A stretch of 64,000 nt of DNA from Candidatus Dadabacteria bacterium. GTDB taxonomy: Bacteria; Desulfobacterota_D; UBA1144; Nemesobacterales; Nemesobacteraceae. Of this stretch, positions 1 through 7,746 are shown in pieces; within the stretch, counting starts at the first letter, position 1, and each line of letters opens with the position of its first letter. The translations under genes and the position numbers were made by a program. The stretch spans positions 117,254 to 181,253 of the forward strand of contig JAJECI010000008.1 in assembly GCA_022822065.1 (NCBI GenBank), read 5' to 3'. The notes under the pieces are model-generated. The model had not been told where the DNA came from. It ran no database searches and saw nothing but the letters and a program-made list of their open reading frames with translations.

Positions 1-382
1 CGAGAGATTCAAACCATCGTGGCAAGGCTTCGAGAAAAGCATGCGCCTGCTCAAGCGGGGTTACTCCTGAACCTATCACAAAATATCGGCTAAACACCTT
101 CAGAAATATCTTGATGAGTTTGCGGGTCGCACAAACGTCCGCCAGTTGGATACGATGGAACAGATTAAAGAAGCGATCGGTGGCGTTGTGGGGAGAGGAT
201 TGACTTACAAAGAGTTGATTTCCGAGGTGTCGCTGGGCACCACGGCTCAGCAGGGCGACCGGATCCTTCTGGAACTCCGAGAGGTGGCCGATAAACGGCC
301 ACCCATCGGAAAGCTCTGGAACCCTCTCGCCCGGCTTACGGAAATCGCTACGCAACATAAACCAGAACCCCTCAGTAGATAA
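1..382 (+). pseudogene. IS1595-family (ISXO2-like) transposase, 3' fragment with an in-frame stop; 5' end lies outside the window
   Basis: The frame ending at TAA 380-382 reads ...SWQGFEKSMRLLKRGYS*TYHKISAKHLQKYLDEFAGRTNVRQLDTMEQIKEAIGGVVGRGLTYKELI. This matches the conserved C-terminus of IS1595/ISXO2 transposases (FWSLLKRGY.GTYHHVS.KHLQRYLDEF.FR.N...GKRLTYKEL). An in-frame TGA at 68-70 replaces the conserved Gly codon. No terminal inverted repeat is visible; the 3' end overlaps the convergent gene at 372. Confidence 0.55.
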
Positions 383-1472
383 ACGGGATCAGGATGTAGC
401 GTACCCGCTGGGTGTACAGTTCCCAAAGCCGACCGTACTTCGCGCGGCAACGGCGGTCGTCGCGTCTCGATCGATGCCACAACAGAACGACGAGCCACGC
501 GGGAAGCAGATACGGCACCCAGGACCCGAACCCGGTAGTAAACGTAAAGGCGAAGTAGATGAGGATCTCGCCTGTATAGTTGAGATGTCGTCCGATACCC
601 CAAAAGCCCGAAACCAGCAGACGACCTTCCAAGGATTCGGCCGGCTTGCCCCAGATCATCGCCTTGGAATCCAGCTTGAAGCGGTGCTTCTGCTCGTTTG
701 CGCCCCGGAATATCCAGCCTCCGAACAGGAACAGCAGAATGATTGCGGTGGCGCCGGCTGTGGAGAGGGAATCCGGTGAGTGAATGAGCCACCAGCCGGG
801 CAGGCAGTAGAAAAATGGCACTAACACGTAATCACCCCATATCAACAGCCATCCAAAGCGCTCGCTGATCATGTCCCAGGTATAAGTCATGCCGTATTCA
901 AACTGGAAGTAGTTGAAGAGATACAGGAAAGTGAGAAGCTGGTACACCGCCATCGCCAACGTCAGCTCACCGTACTTTTCGTATTGCACCACGGCGAACG
1001 ATGCGTTGATGAGGGCAAGCGCCACGAGCGAGGGACGGTAGCTAAACAGCTTAAGGTCCACTCCCAGCCAATTAGGGGTGTGATCCAGGCCTAAGAAGAA
1101 ACCACGCCCCATCCCCGGCACCGCGCCACGGGCGCGCCGTCCCGACAGATAGAGCAAGGCGGCCAAAACAAAGGCGAATCCGTTTGCCACGACAAACAAC
1201 GCGGCGAACCGGTCATGTATGGTAGACAGCGAGAACAGGCCGAAGACCTGGGCGAGGCAACAGAGCACCACCACACTCAGGAACAAGGTGAGACCGTTGA
1301 GTTTATAAACCTGCTGTTTACCTTCAATATCCGGCCCTGACCCGGTGCGTCCGGGCAGCACCATCGACCCGGCGAACAGGACCAAGACGAACACGAACAC
1401 CATTATCGCGGCTTCGAATATGGCCTCCCCGGCGAGCGCCGCCGATGAAAGATTGAAGTCAACCATGGGCAC
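372..1472 (-). CDS. ERG4/ERG24-family sterol reductase-like polytopic membrane protein (7-dehydrocholesterol / delta14-sterol reductase homologue)
   Basis: 366 aa and very hydrophobic. It carries the family signature GFWGIGRHLNYTGE (LL.SG.WG..RH.NY..E). The C-terminal block RDDRRCRAKYGRLWELYTQRVRYILIPFIY matches the invariant ERG4/ERG24 end (R.D.RC..KYG..W..Y...VPYRIIP.IY). Confidence 0.7.
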   Translation of the reverse strand: MPMVDFNLSSAALAGEAIFEAAIMVFVFVLVLFAGSMVLPGRTGSGPDIEGKQQVYKLNGLTLFLSVVVLCCLAQVFGLFSLSTIHDRFAALFVVANGFAFVLAALLYLSGRRARGAVPGMGRGFFLGLDHTPNWLGVDLKLFSYRPSLVALALINASFAVVQYEKYGELTLAMAVYQLLTFLYLFNYFQFEYGMTYTWDMISERFGWLLIWGDYVLVPFFYCLPGWWLIHSPDSLSTAGATAIILLFLFGGWIFRGANEQKHRFKLDSKAMIWGKPAESLEGRLLVSGFWGIGRHLNYTGEILIYFAFTFTTGFGSWVPYLLPAWLVVLLWHRSRRDDRRCRAKYGRLWELYTQRVRYILIPFIY

Positions 1473-1917
1473 CTCCTTCGGTTTGCGACAAGTGGTCCCG
1501 CCACTTCCGCATGATAACTTTTGGGAACTCCCGAACCACGGGGTTCAGTTCGACCAGTGGGGCATCCCATTGTTTCTCGCAACCCTGTTGCTTTTCCTCA
1601 ACCGCAACCCAATCCTGCCCCAGCAAAGGGCCGATGAGCATGCGGTTCGCGGTCTTAAAGACCGGGATCATCGCAAAGCAGGGAATGCGAACAGGTATCA
1701 AGGGAAGCTTGATAATCTCAAACAGGACAAAAAAAGGCCCGGGTTGTACGTTCATCAATGGGGAGGACAAACAGCCAGTGCTTGATCTCGTCGTCAATAT
1801 TTGACCACTGATTTGGATATTCAAAGCACAAACCCACGTTATAAGCATCAATCCTGACGCGGCGGTGATTGTCCTCGGTCGCTTGGTCAAGGGTCTTTCT
1901 CCCTTGCGATGGATCAT
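1459..1917 (-). CDS. hypothetical protein (start uncertain; internal Met would give 1459..1755)
   Basis: ORF-track ORF with no recognisable motifs. It overlaps 1718..2128 in a different frame, so one of the two, or a frameshifted single gene, is real. Confidence 0.3.
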   Translation of the reverse strand: MIHRKGERPLTKRPRTITAASGLMLITWVCALNIQISGQILTTRSSTGCLSSPLMNVQPGPFFVLFEIIKLPLIPVRIPCFAMIPVFKTANRMLIGPLLGQDWVAVEEKQQGCEKQWDAPLVELNPVVREFPKVIMRKWRDHLSQTEGGAHG

Positions 1918-2128
1918 ATGTTACCTCACCGCAAAGAAGAAATACACCGGATTGCGATGGATTGCAAGGGACAATGAGAAGAAGACTCATCAGGAACTTG
2001 ATATAAAAACGCCGGATCAGGTTTACTATGGTTTGGACAGGCTTGTGGAGAAGAAAAATGAAAATGGATTCCGGACTAAGCGCTAATTTTGGCTTCCCCA
2101 TAGTTGCATTTTGAAAGACGATGTACAC
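1718..2128 (-). CDS. hypothetical protein (possible 5' part of a frameshifted gene together with 1459..1917)
   Basis: 136-aa ORF divergent from recO. It overlaps the downstream ORF by about 200 nt in another frame. Confidence 0.3.
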   Translation of the reverse strand: MYIVFQNATMGKPKLALSPESIFIFLLHKPVQTIVNLIRRFYIKFLMSLLLIVPCNPSQSGVFLLCGEVTYDPSQGRKTLDQATEDNHRRVRIDAYNVGLCFEYPNQWSNIDDEIKHWLFVLPIDERTTRAFFCPV

Positions 2129-2807
2129 GCTTGAAGCACTGATTTTAAAAAAATCAAGTTACGGGGAAGCCGATCTCCTGGTAACCCTTTTCTCAAGGGA
2201 ACTCGGAAAATTCAGGGCGCTTGCCAAAAACGCGAAAAGAAGCCAAAAGCGCTTTGGAGGACGTCTCGATTTCTTTAACCGCCTGGCAATCGAAGTAACC
2301 CTGAACAAGGGAAGATTCAATCTCATCGGGGACGTTACACTTAAGGAAAGCTACAGGGAGATAGCGGAATCGGTTGACTCTTTCGTCGCGGCAACCCGAG
2401 TTCTCGAGCTCCTTGATTTCCTCGTCCCCGAGCAGGAACCCGCAGACAAGCTGTTCGACCTCGCGGCAGACACCCTGGGGTTTCTCTCGGAAAAACGGGA
2501 ACCGCACTCCGTTTTTCTCGTTTTCTTCCTCCGAGCGCTTACCCTTTGCGGCTACAGGCCCGATCTGCGCTTTGACAGGGAAAAAGACATCGCGGGGTTT
2601 GACGTTGAGAACGGAAGACTCAGCAATCCTGAGAAAACACAGGGAAAAAGAAACGTCTACCCCTTCCACATGGACATAATGAGACATCCGGAAATCATGG
2701 ACGCCAACCCCGAAAAGGTAAAAAACAACATACTGGTTCTCACGAGATACACCGAATACCGGACCGGAAGACGACTTGAGAAAACCGGATTTTCTGGAGA
2801 AACCTAA
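2121..2807 (+). CDS. recO: DNA repair protein RecO
   Basis: N-terminus MYTLEALILKKSSYGEADLLVTLFSRELGKFRALAKNA is typical of RecO (OB-fold N-domain). Size is 228 aa. Confidence 0.85.
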   Translation: MYTLEALILKKSSYGEADLLVTLFSRELGKFRALAKNAKRSQKRFGGRLDFFNRLAIEVTLNKGRFNLIGDVTLKESYREIAESVDSFVAATRVLELLDFLVPEQEPADKLFDLAADTLGFLSEKREPHSVFLVFFLRALTLCGYRPDLRFDREKDIAGFDVENGRLSNPEKTQGKRNVYPFHMDIMRHPEIMDANPEKVKNNILVLTRYTEYRTGRRLEKTGFSGET

Positions 2808-2843
2808 GCATGAAGCGGAGAGCCTCCGCCGGAAGCCTCCGGG

Positions 2844-4022
2844 TCAAGTCCTGTAATCTGAGTTAACCGAGACGTACTCGTGGCTTAGGTCGCTTGTTAG
2901 AATCGAGTAGGCCGCCTCCCCTTCCCCGAGGCTAAGTGTCACGGTAAAGGACGGTTTTTTGAACACGGAAGCGAACCTTGATTCCGGTTTAGACCTTATC
3001 CCTTTTGAAAACACCTCCATTCTGCCGAAATAAAGCCTTATCTTCTCCGGATCGAACTTCACACCGGCTCTTCCGGCGGCCGCCACTATCCTTCCCCAGT
3101 TCGCATCCTCCCCGTAAAACGCGGTCTTAACGAGTTGGGAAGTGGCTATCGTCCTCGCGATCTTCTCGGCGTCCTTTTTGGTCTTAGCTTCCGTAACGCT
3201 GATCCTGACGACCTTCGTAGCCCCTTCGCCGTCCGTTACTATCATCTCGGCGATTTCCCCGCACAGAGACGAAAGCGCATCCACGAACTTGCCGTAATCC
3301 CCGCTTTTCTCCTTGATTTCCCTGTTTCCCAGAACCCCGTTTGCGAGGATAAAAACGGAGTCGTTAGGGGAAGTGTCCCCGTCAACCGTTATGGCGTTAA
3401 AAGAACCACTTGCCGCTTCGGCAAGAGCTTTTGAAAGGGCTTTCCGCTGAATATTAAGATCGGTCATTATAAAACAGAGCATGGTCGCCATGTTAGGACA
3501 TATCATCCCCGCCCCCTTGCCGATAGCCGAGACGGTGGCGGTCTTCTCTCCCACAGCAAGTTGCCTTGACGCATACTTGGGAAAGGAGTCGGTCGTCATG
3601 ATGGCTTCGGCCGCCTCACGGGCGTTGTCTTCCCCAAGGCTCTTTACGAGCTTGGGAATGGCCTTCTTGATTTTCCCGACGCGAAGCCATTCCCCCGTAA
3701 CCCCGGTTGACGAGGGGATCACGAGCGATTCATCTATTCCGAGTCGCCTGGAGAGCGTGTTTGCAACTTCAAGCGAGTCTTCATAGCCCCTTTGGCCCGT
3801 AAAAGCGTTAGCATTTACGCTGTTTATTATTAGTGCCTGGCAGAGCCCACCTGCGATTCTCTCCTGCCCAACAAGCACAGGGGCGCCTTTTATCAGGTTT
3901 TTCGTGAATATGGCGGACGCGCGGGCCGGAACCGTTGAGAATATAAGCGCCAGATCCCTCTTTTCGTTTTTCTTAAGTCCGGCGGATACGCCGCTTAGCA
4001 GAAATCCAGATGTGTTTTTCAT
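2844..4022 (-). CDS. argJ: bifunctional glutamate N-acetyltransferase / amino-acid acetyltransferase ArgJ
   Basis: 392 aa. Contains the ArgJ autoproteolytic-site context PNMATMLCFIMTDL (ATML) and the overall ArgJ layout. Confidence 0.9.
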   Translation of the reverse strand: MKNTSGFLLSGVSAGLKKNEKRDLALIFSTVPARASAIFTKNLIKGAPVLVGQERIAGGLCQALIINSVNANAFTGQRGYEDSLEVANTLSRRLGIDESLVIPSSTGVTGEWLRVGKIKKAIPKLVKSLGEDNAREAAEAIMTTDSFPKYASRQLAVGEKTATVSAIGKGAGMICPNMATMLCFIMTDLNIQRKALSKALAEAASGSFNAITVDGDTSPNDSVFILANGVLGNREIKEKSGDYGKFVDALSSLCGEIAEMIVTDGEGATKVVRISVTEAKTKKDAEKIARTIATSQLVKTAFYGEDANWGRIVAAAGRAGVKFDPEKIRLYFGRMEVFSKGIRSKPESRFASVFKKPSFTVTLSLGEGEAAYSILTSDLSHEYVSVNSDYRT

Positions 4023-4305
4023 ATCGCAGGTGCCCGCAATTCAGATCTCTCCGAGGCAGATTTCAGTCTTGATATTCAGTATATCCAAATAATAGTACGC
4101 ATGTTATTTACTTAACGTGGTTCCAAGTATCAAATCAGACTGGCTTGGGAGTAATTGGAGACAGACCCGCGGACCGAACGGAATTGCGGAGCTGTTTATC
4201 GAAGTATGTATTTGATCTGATGACTGTTTTTTAATGCGGATTTCTGCAGGATACGCCCACAGCCTCGCTTGGTGCCTGAGGCTACGGCCATAGTTAAGAC
4301 TGGTT

Positions 4306-4968
4306 TTAGGAAGAAATGAGTGGCCTCAGTTGGTCACGATACGAAAACGGACGCACAGGAAGTTGGTCATGCTCTGGAGCTAGATGCATCCATTCCTCCT
4401 TGATCAGCAAGTCAAATACCTTCCTGTAAGACCTCTCTAACGGGGCGTAAGATTTAAGAACTTTAGTCATAATCATAGCCCCTTTAAACTGAGTAATCAG
4501 GAACTGGGAAACCATCTCGGTATTAATTCCCTCTCGAACCATCCCCAACTCCTTGCAGTCCTGCACGCATGTCGCAACACCGGCTTCGGTTTTTTCGAAA
4601 AACGCATCAATAATGGAGCGGAATTTCTCGTTTTTGGAACCTTGCTCCAATGACATCTTTGCGAGAAAACTGCCCGTCTGTAAAAAAACTTCACGCTTAG
4701 CGTAAATTCCCTCTACGTAGAACTTGACAAAGCGCTCAAGGGGATTGGTATCGCGGTCGAGGAGAATTTCTGATATGAGTTTTTCCTGATGCCTAAGGTG
4801 AATTTCGAGTATCTTCAGTGCCAACTCCTCTTTACTTTCGAAGTAGTAGTAGAAATTGCTCCTGGAAACCCCCGCCGTCTTTATGAGCATGTCGATAGAA
4901 GTTCCATTGTATCCAAAAGAACGAAAAAGCTCATAAGCAGTCTCAGTAATTCTATCCTTGTTGGTCAT
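4306..4968 (-). CDS. TetR/AcrR-family transcriptional regulator
   Basis: N-terminal HTH TAYELFRSFGYNGTSIDMLIKTAGVSRSNFYYYFESKEEL. The start is placed at ATG 4966-4968, which has an AAGGA Shine-Dalgarno about 10 nt upstream. The upstream ATG at 5007 falls inside a TTGACA-N17-TAATTA promoter-like element. Confidence 0.8.
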   Translation of the reverse strand: MTNKDRITETAYELFRSFGYNGTSIDMLIKTAGVSRSNFYYYFESKEELALKILEIHLRHQEKLISEILLDRDTNPLERFVKFYVEGIYAKREVFLQTGSFLAKMSLEQGSKNEKFRSIIDAFFEKTEAGVATCVQDCKELGMVREGINTEMVSQFLITQFKGAMIMTKVLKSYAPLERSYRKVFDLLIKEEWMHLAPEHDQLPVRPFSYRDQLRPLISS

Positions 4969-5152
4969 AGCAGAAAATCCTTTATAACTACTATTTTTAA
5001 TTACCACTCTAAAAAGAAGTTGTCAAGAAATTCTAGAAGTGATTACGGGGGGATACAGAACGATCGGTCCTTGCTTTGGCGATGCTGAAGCTTCTTCGAA
5101 AAAAGCGCCGGAAAAACCTTCCGGGGCCTCTTTTTTTGTGTTCTAATCCGGT

Positions 5153-6250
5153 TCACCCATGAGCCGAACCGGTAATCTCGCTCAGGCTCCCAATTCCGTT
5201 TTGATCCATGAACCTGAGGAGCCCACTGTTTATGGAGTTAGCAACCGAAAGCCCCTCACCCCGAAGGCCAGTGACTATCTGGAGGGCCTTGGCACCCGCG
5301 CGAAGCTTTTCAAGCGCCGAAGCGGTGTCGCACACCCCTCCGACTCCGATTATCTCGACCTGCCCGCCCGTAGTCCTGTAAATGTGAGAGATAATGGACG
5401 CGGAAAGCGACTTGTACTCAAAATCGTTTCCGCTTATTCCTCCCGGAAGACCTTCCCACCTCGTGCCGTATTTTCCTTTGACGAAGCTGCTGTCGGTAGT
5501 ATTGGTGGCTACCACTCCCGAAATCCCGCAATCGATTACCACCCCCACAACATCGTCTATCGCTTCGGTGGCAAGATCGGGAGAGATTTTTACGAACAGG
5601 GGTCGCTCGGAATCCCCGAGGGACTCCCTTACCGCCCGTATTATCTCTTCAAGCCGCCCCCTGTCCTGAAGCCTCCTTAACCCCGGGGTGTTAGGGGAGC
5701 TAACGTTTATGGCAAAGTAGGCCGCGTTGTCGCGAAACTTCCGGGCGACGGCCGCGTAGGCCCGCGGAGCGTCTTCGTGGCTTGTGTCAGAGTTTATTCC
5801 CAGGTTCACTCCAACCGGCATATCGAGGCGGCCGTACCGCGCAAGGTTCTGGAAAACAGCATCCATACCCGGGCTGTTAAGCCCAAGGGAGTTAAGACAC
5901 ACCTCCGGGGTCACCATGAACTGCCTCGGCTTCGGATTTCCCCCCTGTGGTCTCTCAACCACAGAACCCACTTCAACCCCGGCGAAACCCAGCGAGTAAA
6001 GCGCCCGGACCGCCCTCGCGGTCTTGTCCCACCCCGCACCGACGATAAGGGGATTCTCAAAAGGCACCCCGGCGACCGTAACGCCGAGCCTTTTGTCTCT
6101 GACCCTGGCTCCTCCGCTTGCGGCGAACTCAAGAAGTCTCAGCGTAAGACCCGAGAACTCGCAGAGGTGCATAAGTTCCTTTACGTTATGGTGCCACGTT
6201 TCGGAATCAAGACGGTCAAGAACCGGTCTTAGGAAAGTTTTATAGATCAT
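5153..6250 (-). CDS. pyrD: dihydroorotate dehydrogenase (quinone), class 2
   Basis: Motifs GFAGVEVGSVVERPQGGNPKPRQF, NVSSPNTPGLR and FVKISPD. Class-2 N-terminal extension present. Confidence 0.9.
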   Translation of the reverse strand: MIYKTFLRPVLDRLDSETWHHNVKELMHLCEFSGLTLRLLEFAASGGARVRDKRLGVTVAGVPFENPLIVGAGWDKTARAVRALYSLGFAGVEVGSVVERPQGGNPKPRQFMVTPEVCLNSLGLNSPGMDAVFQNLARYGRLDMPVGVNLGINSDTSHEDAPRAYAAVARKFRDNAAYFAINVSSPNTPGLRRLQDRGRLEEIIRAVRESLGDSERPLFVKISPDLATEAIDDVVGVVIDCGISGVVATNTTDSSFVKGKYGTRWEGLPGGISGNDFEYKSLSASIISHIYRTTGGQVEIIGVGGVCDTASALEKLRAGAKALQIVTGLRGEGLSVANSINSGLLRFMDQNGIGSLSEITGSAHG

Positions 6251-6308
6251 GCCCTTTGGAAAATTCTATCCGAACAAGGCGTCTGCAGGCAAAACCGAGC
6301 GTAGCAGG

Positions 6309-7409
6309 TCAAACATTGAACCTGAAAAATATGACGTCCCCGTCGCAAACCTCGTAATCCTTCCCCTCAAGCCTCATCTTCCCGGCTTCCCTCACCAGCT
6401 GCTCGGAACCTTCCCCCACGTAATCCTCGTAGGATATGGTCTCGGCCCTTATGAAGCCCCTTTCGAAATCGCTGTGGATAATCCCGGCCGCCTGGGGCGC
6501 CCTGGTTCCCTGCCTGACCGTCCAGGCCCTTACTTCTTTAGGCCCCGTGGTGAAATAGGTAAGAAGCCCGAGATTCGAGTACGCGCAGTTAACAAGCCTG
6601 TCAAGGCCGGAATCGCAAAGCCCGAGTTCCTCAAGAAAAGCCTCCTTCTCCTCGCCCCCGAGTTCAGCTATCTCGGCCTCTATCTTGGCCGAAACAATGA
6701 TAACATCATCCCCCAAGCTGCTTGCGTGCTCTCTCACCTTCTTAACCTCGGCATTCCCTTCAGCTCCCGAAACTTCGTCCTCCGATACGTTACAGACATA
6801 GATAACAGGCTTTGAACTGAGAAGAAAAAGCCCCCGCATGGTATCCGCGCATTCCTCTCCCCCGGGAAAATCACGCGCGCGCTTCCCCGTCTCGATAAAT
6901 TCCCTAAGCGGCCTTACCGTCTCAAGCTCCCTGATTACGTCCCTGTCCCCGCTCTTAGACTGGTTCGCGAGTCTTTCCTCTCTTTTCTCAACGGTTTCAA
7001 GGTCCTTCAGGATAAGCTCGTCCTCTATAGTGCGGATATCGCGGATGGCGTCAATCCCCTCCTCCACATGGACAACGTTTTCATCCTCAAAACACCTGAC
7101 CACGTGAAGTATCAAATCCACTTCCCTTATATGGGAGAGGAAGGCGTTTCCCCTGCCCTTTCCCTCGGAAGCTCCCTTCACAAGCCCCGCGATGTCAACG
7201 ATCTCTATGCTTGTGGGGACGGTCTTCTGAGGTTTTACGATATCCGAGATGGCGTAAAGTCTGGGGTCAGGAACTCCGACCACTCCTATGTTCGGGTCTA
7301 TGGTGCAGAAAGGGAAGTTGGAAGCGTCCGCGCCAGCGTTTGTAAGCGCGTTAAAAAGAGTCGACTTCCCGACGTTCGGGAGTCCCACTATTCCGCATCG
7401 AAGTCCCAT
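6309..7409 (-). CDS. ychF: ribosome-binding ATPase YchF
   Basis: N-terminus MGLRCGIVGLPNVGKSTLFNALT, DxxG motif, TGS C-terminal domain. Size is 366 aa. Confidence 0.95.
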   Translation of the reverse strand: MGLRCGIVGLPNVGKSTLFNALTNAGADASNFPFCTIDPNIGVVGVPDPRLYAISDIVKPQKTVPTSIEIVDIAGLVKGASEGKGRGNAFLSHIREVDLILHVVRCFEDENVVHVEEGIDAIRDIRTIEDELILKDLETVEKREERLANQSKSGDRDVIRELETVRPLREFIETGKRARDFPGGEECADTMRGLFLLSSKPVIYVCNVSEDEVSGAEGNAEVKKVREHASSLGDDVIIVSAKIEAEIAELGGEEKEAFLEELGLCDSGLDRLVNCAYSNLGLLTYFTTGPKEVRAWTVRQGTRAPQAAGIIHSDFERGFIRAETISYEDYVGEGSEQLVREAGKMRLEGKDYEVCDGDVIFFRFNV

Positions 7410-7441
7410 CTGTTCTTAGTTTTCCGCTGCCTGTTAGGAAA

Positions 7442-7520
7442 TGGGGTGGATGACCGGATTTGAACCGGCGACCTCTTGGGCCACAACCAAGTGCTCTAAC
7501 CGGACTGAGCTACACCCACC
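7442..7520 (-). tRNA. tRNA-His (anticodon GTG), with encoded G-1 and 3' CCA
   Basis: The reverse complement folds as a cloverleaf. Acceptor gtgggtg/catccac, D-arm gctc-agtccggtt-gagc, anticodon stem cttgg/ccaag around loop ttGTGgc, T-arm gccgg-ttcaaat-ccggt. There is an extra 5' G opposite discriminator C, which is characteristic of tRNA-His. Confidence 0.85.
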
Positions 7521-7746
7521 GTCGAAACCTTCATTGTCTATGGGGTAAAAACCGAATTTGCTAATATACCGGCAAGCTCATTAACAGACAAATTGCCGAG
7601 AGAAAGTCATCAAGAGATCAGCCGTTAACCTCGGCAAGAGGCTATCAACTGGAACTATGCCCATTGAAACTCCTTTATCATACTTCCAACCTGCGCTTAC
7701 TTGTCGTTCCGTGGAAAAATCTGACCGTACCTAGTATAGTATTAAG

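Noticed and set aside
247-792. 181-aa minus-strand ORF and 101/67-aa plus-strand ORFs
   Set aside because: They overlap the well-supported ERG4/ERG24 gene and the IS fragment. The composition is Arg/Pro-rich.
5159-5680. 173-aa plus-strand ORF
   Set aside because: It is antisense to pyrD.
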